From: Mustelus asterias
Lineage: Eukaryota
Assembly: GCF_964213995.1 (NCBI RefSeq)
Contig: NC_135808.1
Coordinates: 31,062,001 to 31,126,000 of the forward strand
Direction: 5' to 3'
Length of the DNA: 64,000 bases
In this document: positions 63,359 through 64,000 of the stretch, piece after piece
How the letters are laid out: every line of letters begins with the position of its first letter
Position numbering within the stretch: the stretch's first letter is position 1
Program-made: the position numbers and the translations under genes
Notes under the pieces: model-generated
What the model saw: the letters and a program-made list of their open reading frames with translations, nothing else
Told to the model about the DNA's origin: nothing
Databases searched by the model: none

Positions 63359-63561
63359 TTCATTGATTGAAGGTCAAAGAGCAAATTAGCGAACATTTCT
63401 TCTTGCAATTAGGGGATGTGGGCTGGGCCAGGTTGTGGTGTTTCCAGGTATCTGTTGCTTTTGTCTTCGATGGTAGAGGTTGTGGATTTGGGGGGGTGAA
63501 AAACAGATGGGAATGTTGCTTCTGCAGAAAAATCACAAGACTGACCCACAGTGTGTGTGTA

Positions 63562-63969
63562 TGTAATAAGATCAAACAAACAAAAGATGTGGTTAACGGT
63601 TAACTGATGGAACTAGAAAAATCGCTGACAACTGCAGTTAGCACACACAAGAAGCTTGCACAAGAATAGATAATCAAATAAGGCGTAAAACAAACACGAG
63701 TAAGGGGTAAAGGGATTAGAGGAGTGGAATAAGTAAACAAGGGCAGAGAGAATAGACCTAGGATAGGCTTCCTCAAATGGCAATATAACCTAATCATGGA
63801 AGGGAAAGGCGTGGAGAGACTCAAAACTGCTGTATAAAAATGAGCTGAGTATGTTTGCTGGGTGTGCCTACTTATCGGACACCCGCTCTTGCAAGAACGT
63901 TTGAATAAAACCACTGCTTCAGAATTTGACTCGAGAAAAATTATTAAAGAGTGAGCTGCGTTTCTCACA
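63562..63969 (+). mobile_element. Probable solo LTR just upstream of and antisense to the TRIM gene
   Basis: TG...CA ends, TATAAAAA at 63833, AATAAA at 63904. No TSD seen. Confidence 0.55.
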
Positions 63970-64000
63970 GAGGGCGCTCCCTCAGGAATTCCTGCAGTGC

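Noticed and set aside
63547-63585. RAG recombination signal (CACAGTG + 22 nt + ACAAACAAA), and CACAGTG in many SINEs
   Set aside because: The nonamer matches only 6/9 and straddles an LTR edge; SINE heptamers lack nonamers; no V/D/J segments are present.
1-64000. CRISPR arrays, operons, rRNA
   Set aside because: Eukaryotic repeat-rich DNA; no regularly spaced repeat-spacer arrays or rRNA similarity seen.

Overview
Vertebrate genomic DNA, almost certainly from a shark. It is dominated by HE1/V-SINE-type tRNA-derived SINEs and CR1/HER1-like LINEs, with LTR, hAT, Harbinger and Penelope-derived repeats, often nested. Most entries in the ORF track are repeat-derived or spurious. One complete gene can be built: a 6-exon minus-strand TRIM gene (RING, B-box, coiled coil, B30.2/PRY-SPRY; CDS 63320 to 36897, 1527 nt, 508 aa, all GT-AG junctions in phase). 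It has a triple-GAAA ISRE just upstream of the ATG and a strongly acidic C-terminal half. A second minus-strand gene begins at 6438 with a phase-1 signal-peptide exon under an MHC-type X1-X2-Y promoter module; its remaining exons appear to lie left of the window. Together these suggest an MHC-linked or antigen-presentation neighbourhood (inference). Other notable items: a U2 snRNA-derived insertion lacking the branch-point recognition sequence; short fold-back Penelope-derived insertions with hammerhead ribozyme cores; a one-LTR retroviral insertion with a perfect tRNA-Phe PBS; an orphan ISRE-TATA-Inr promoter; locally templated insertions; and an old tandem duplication. Repeat boundaries are approximate unless TSDs are quoted.
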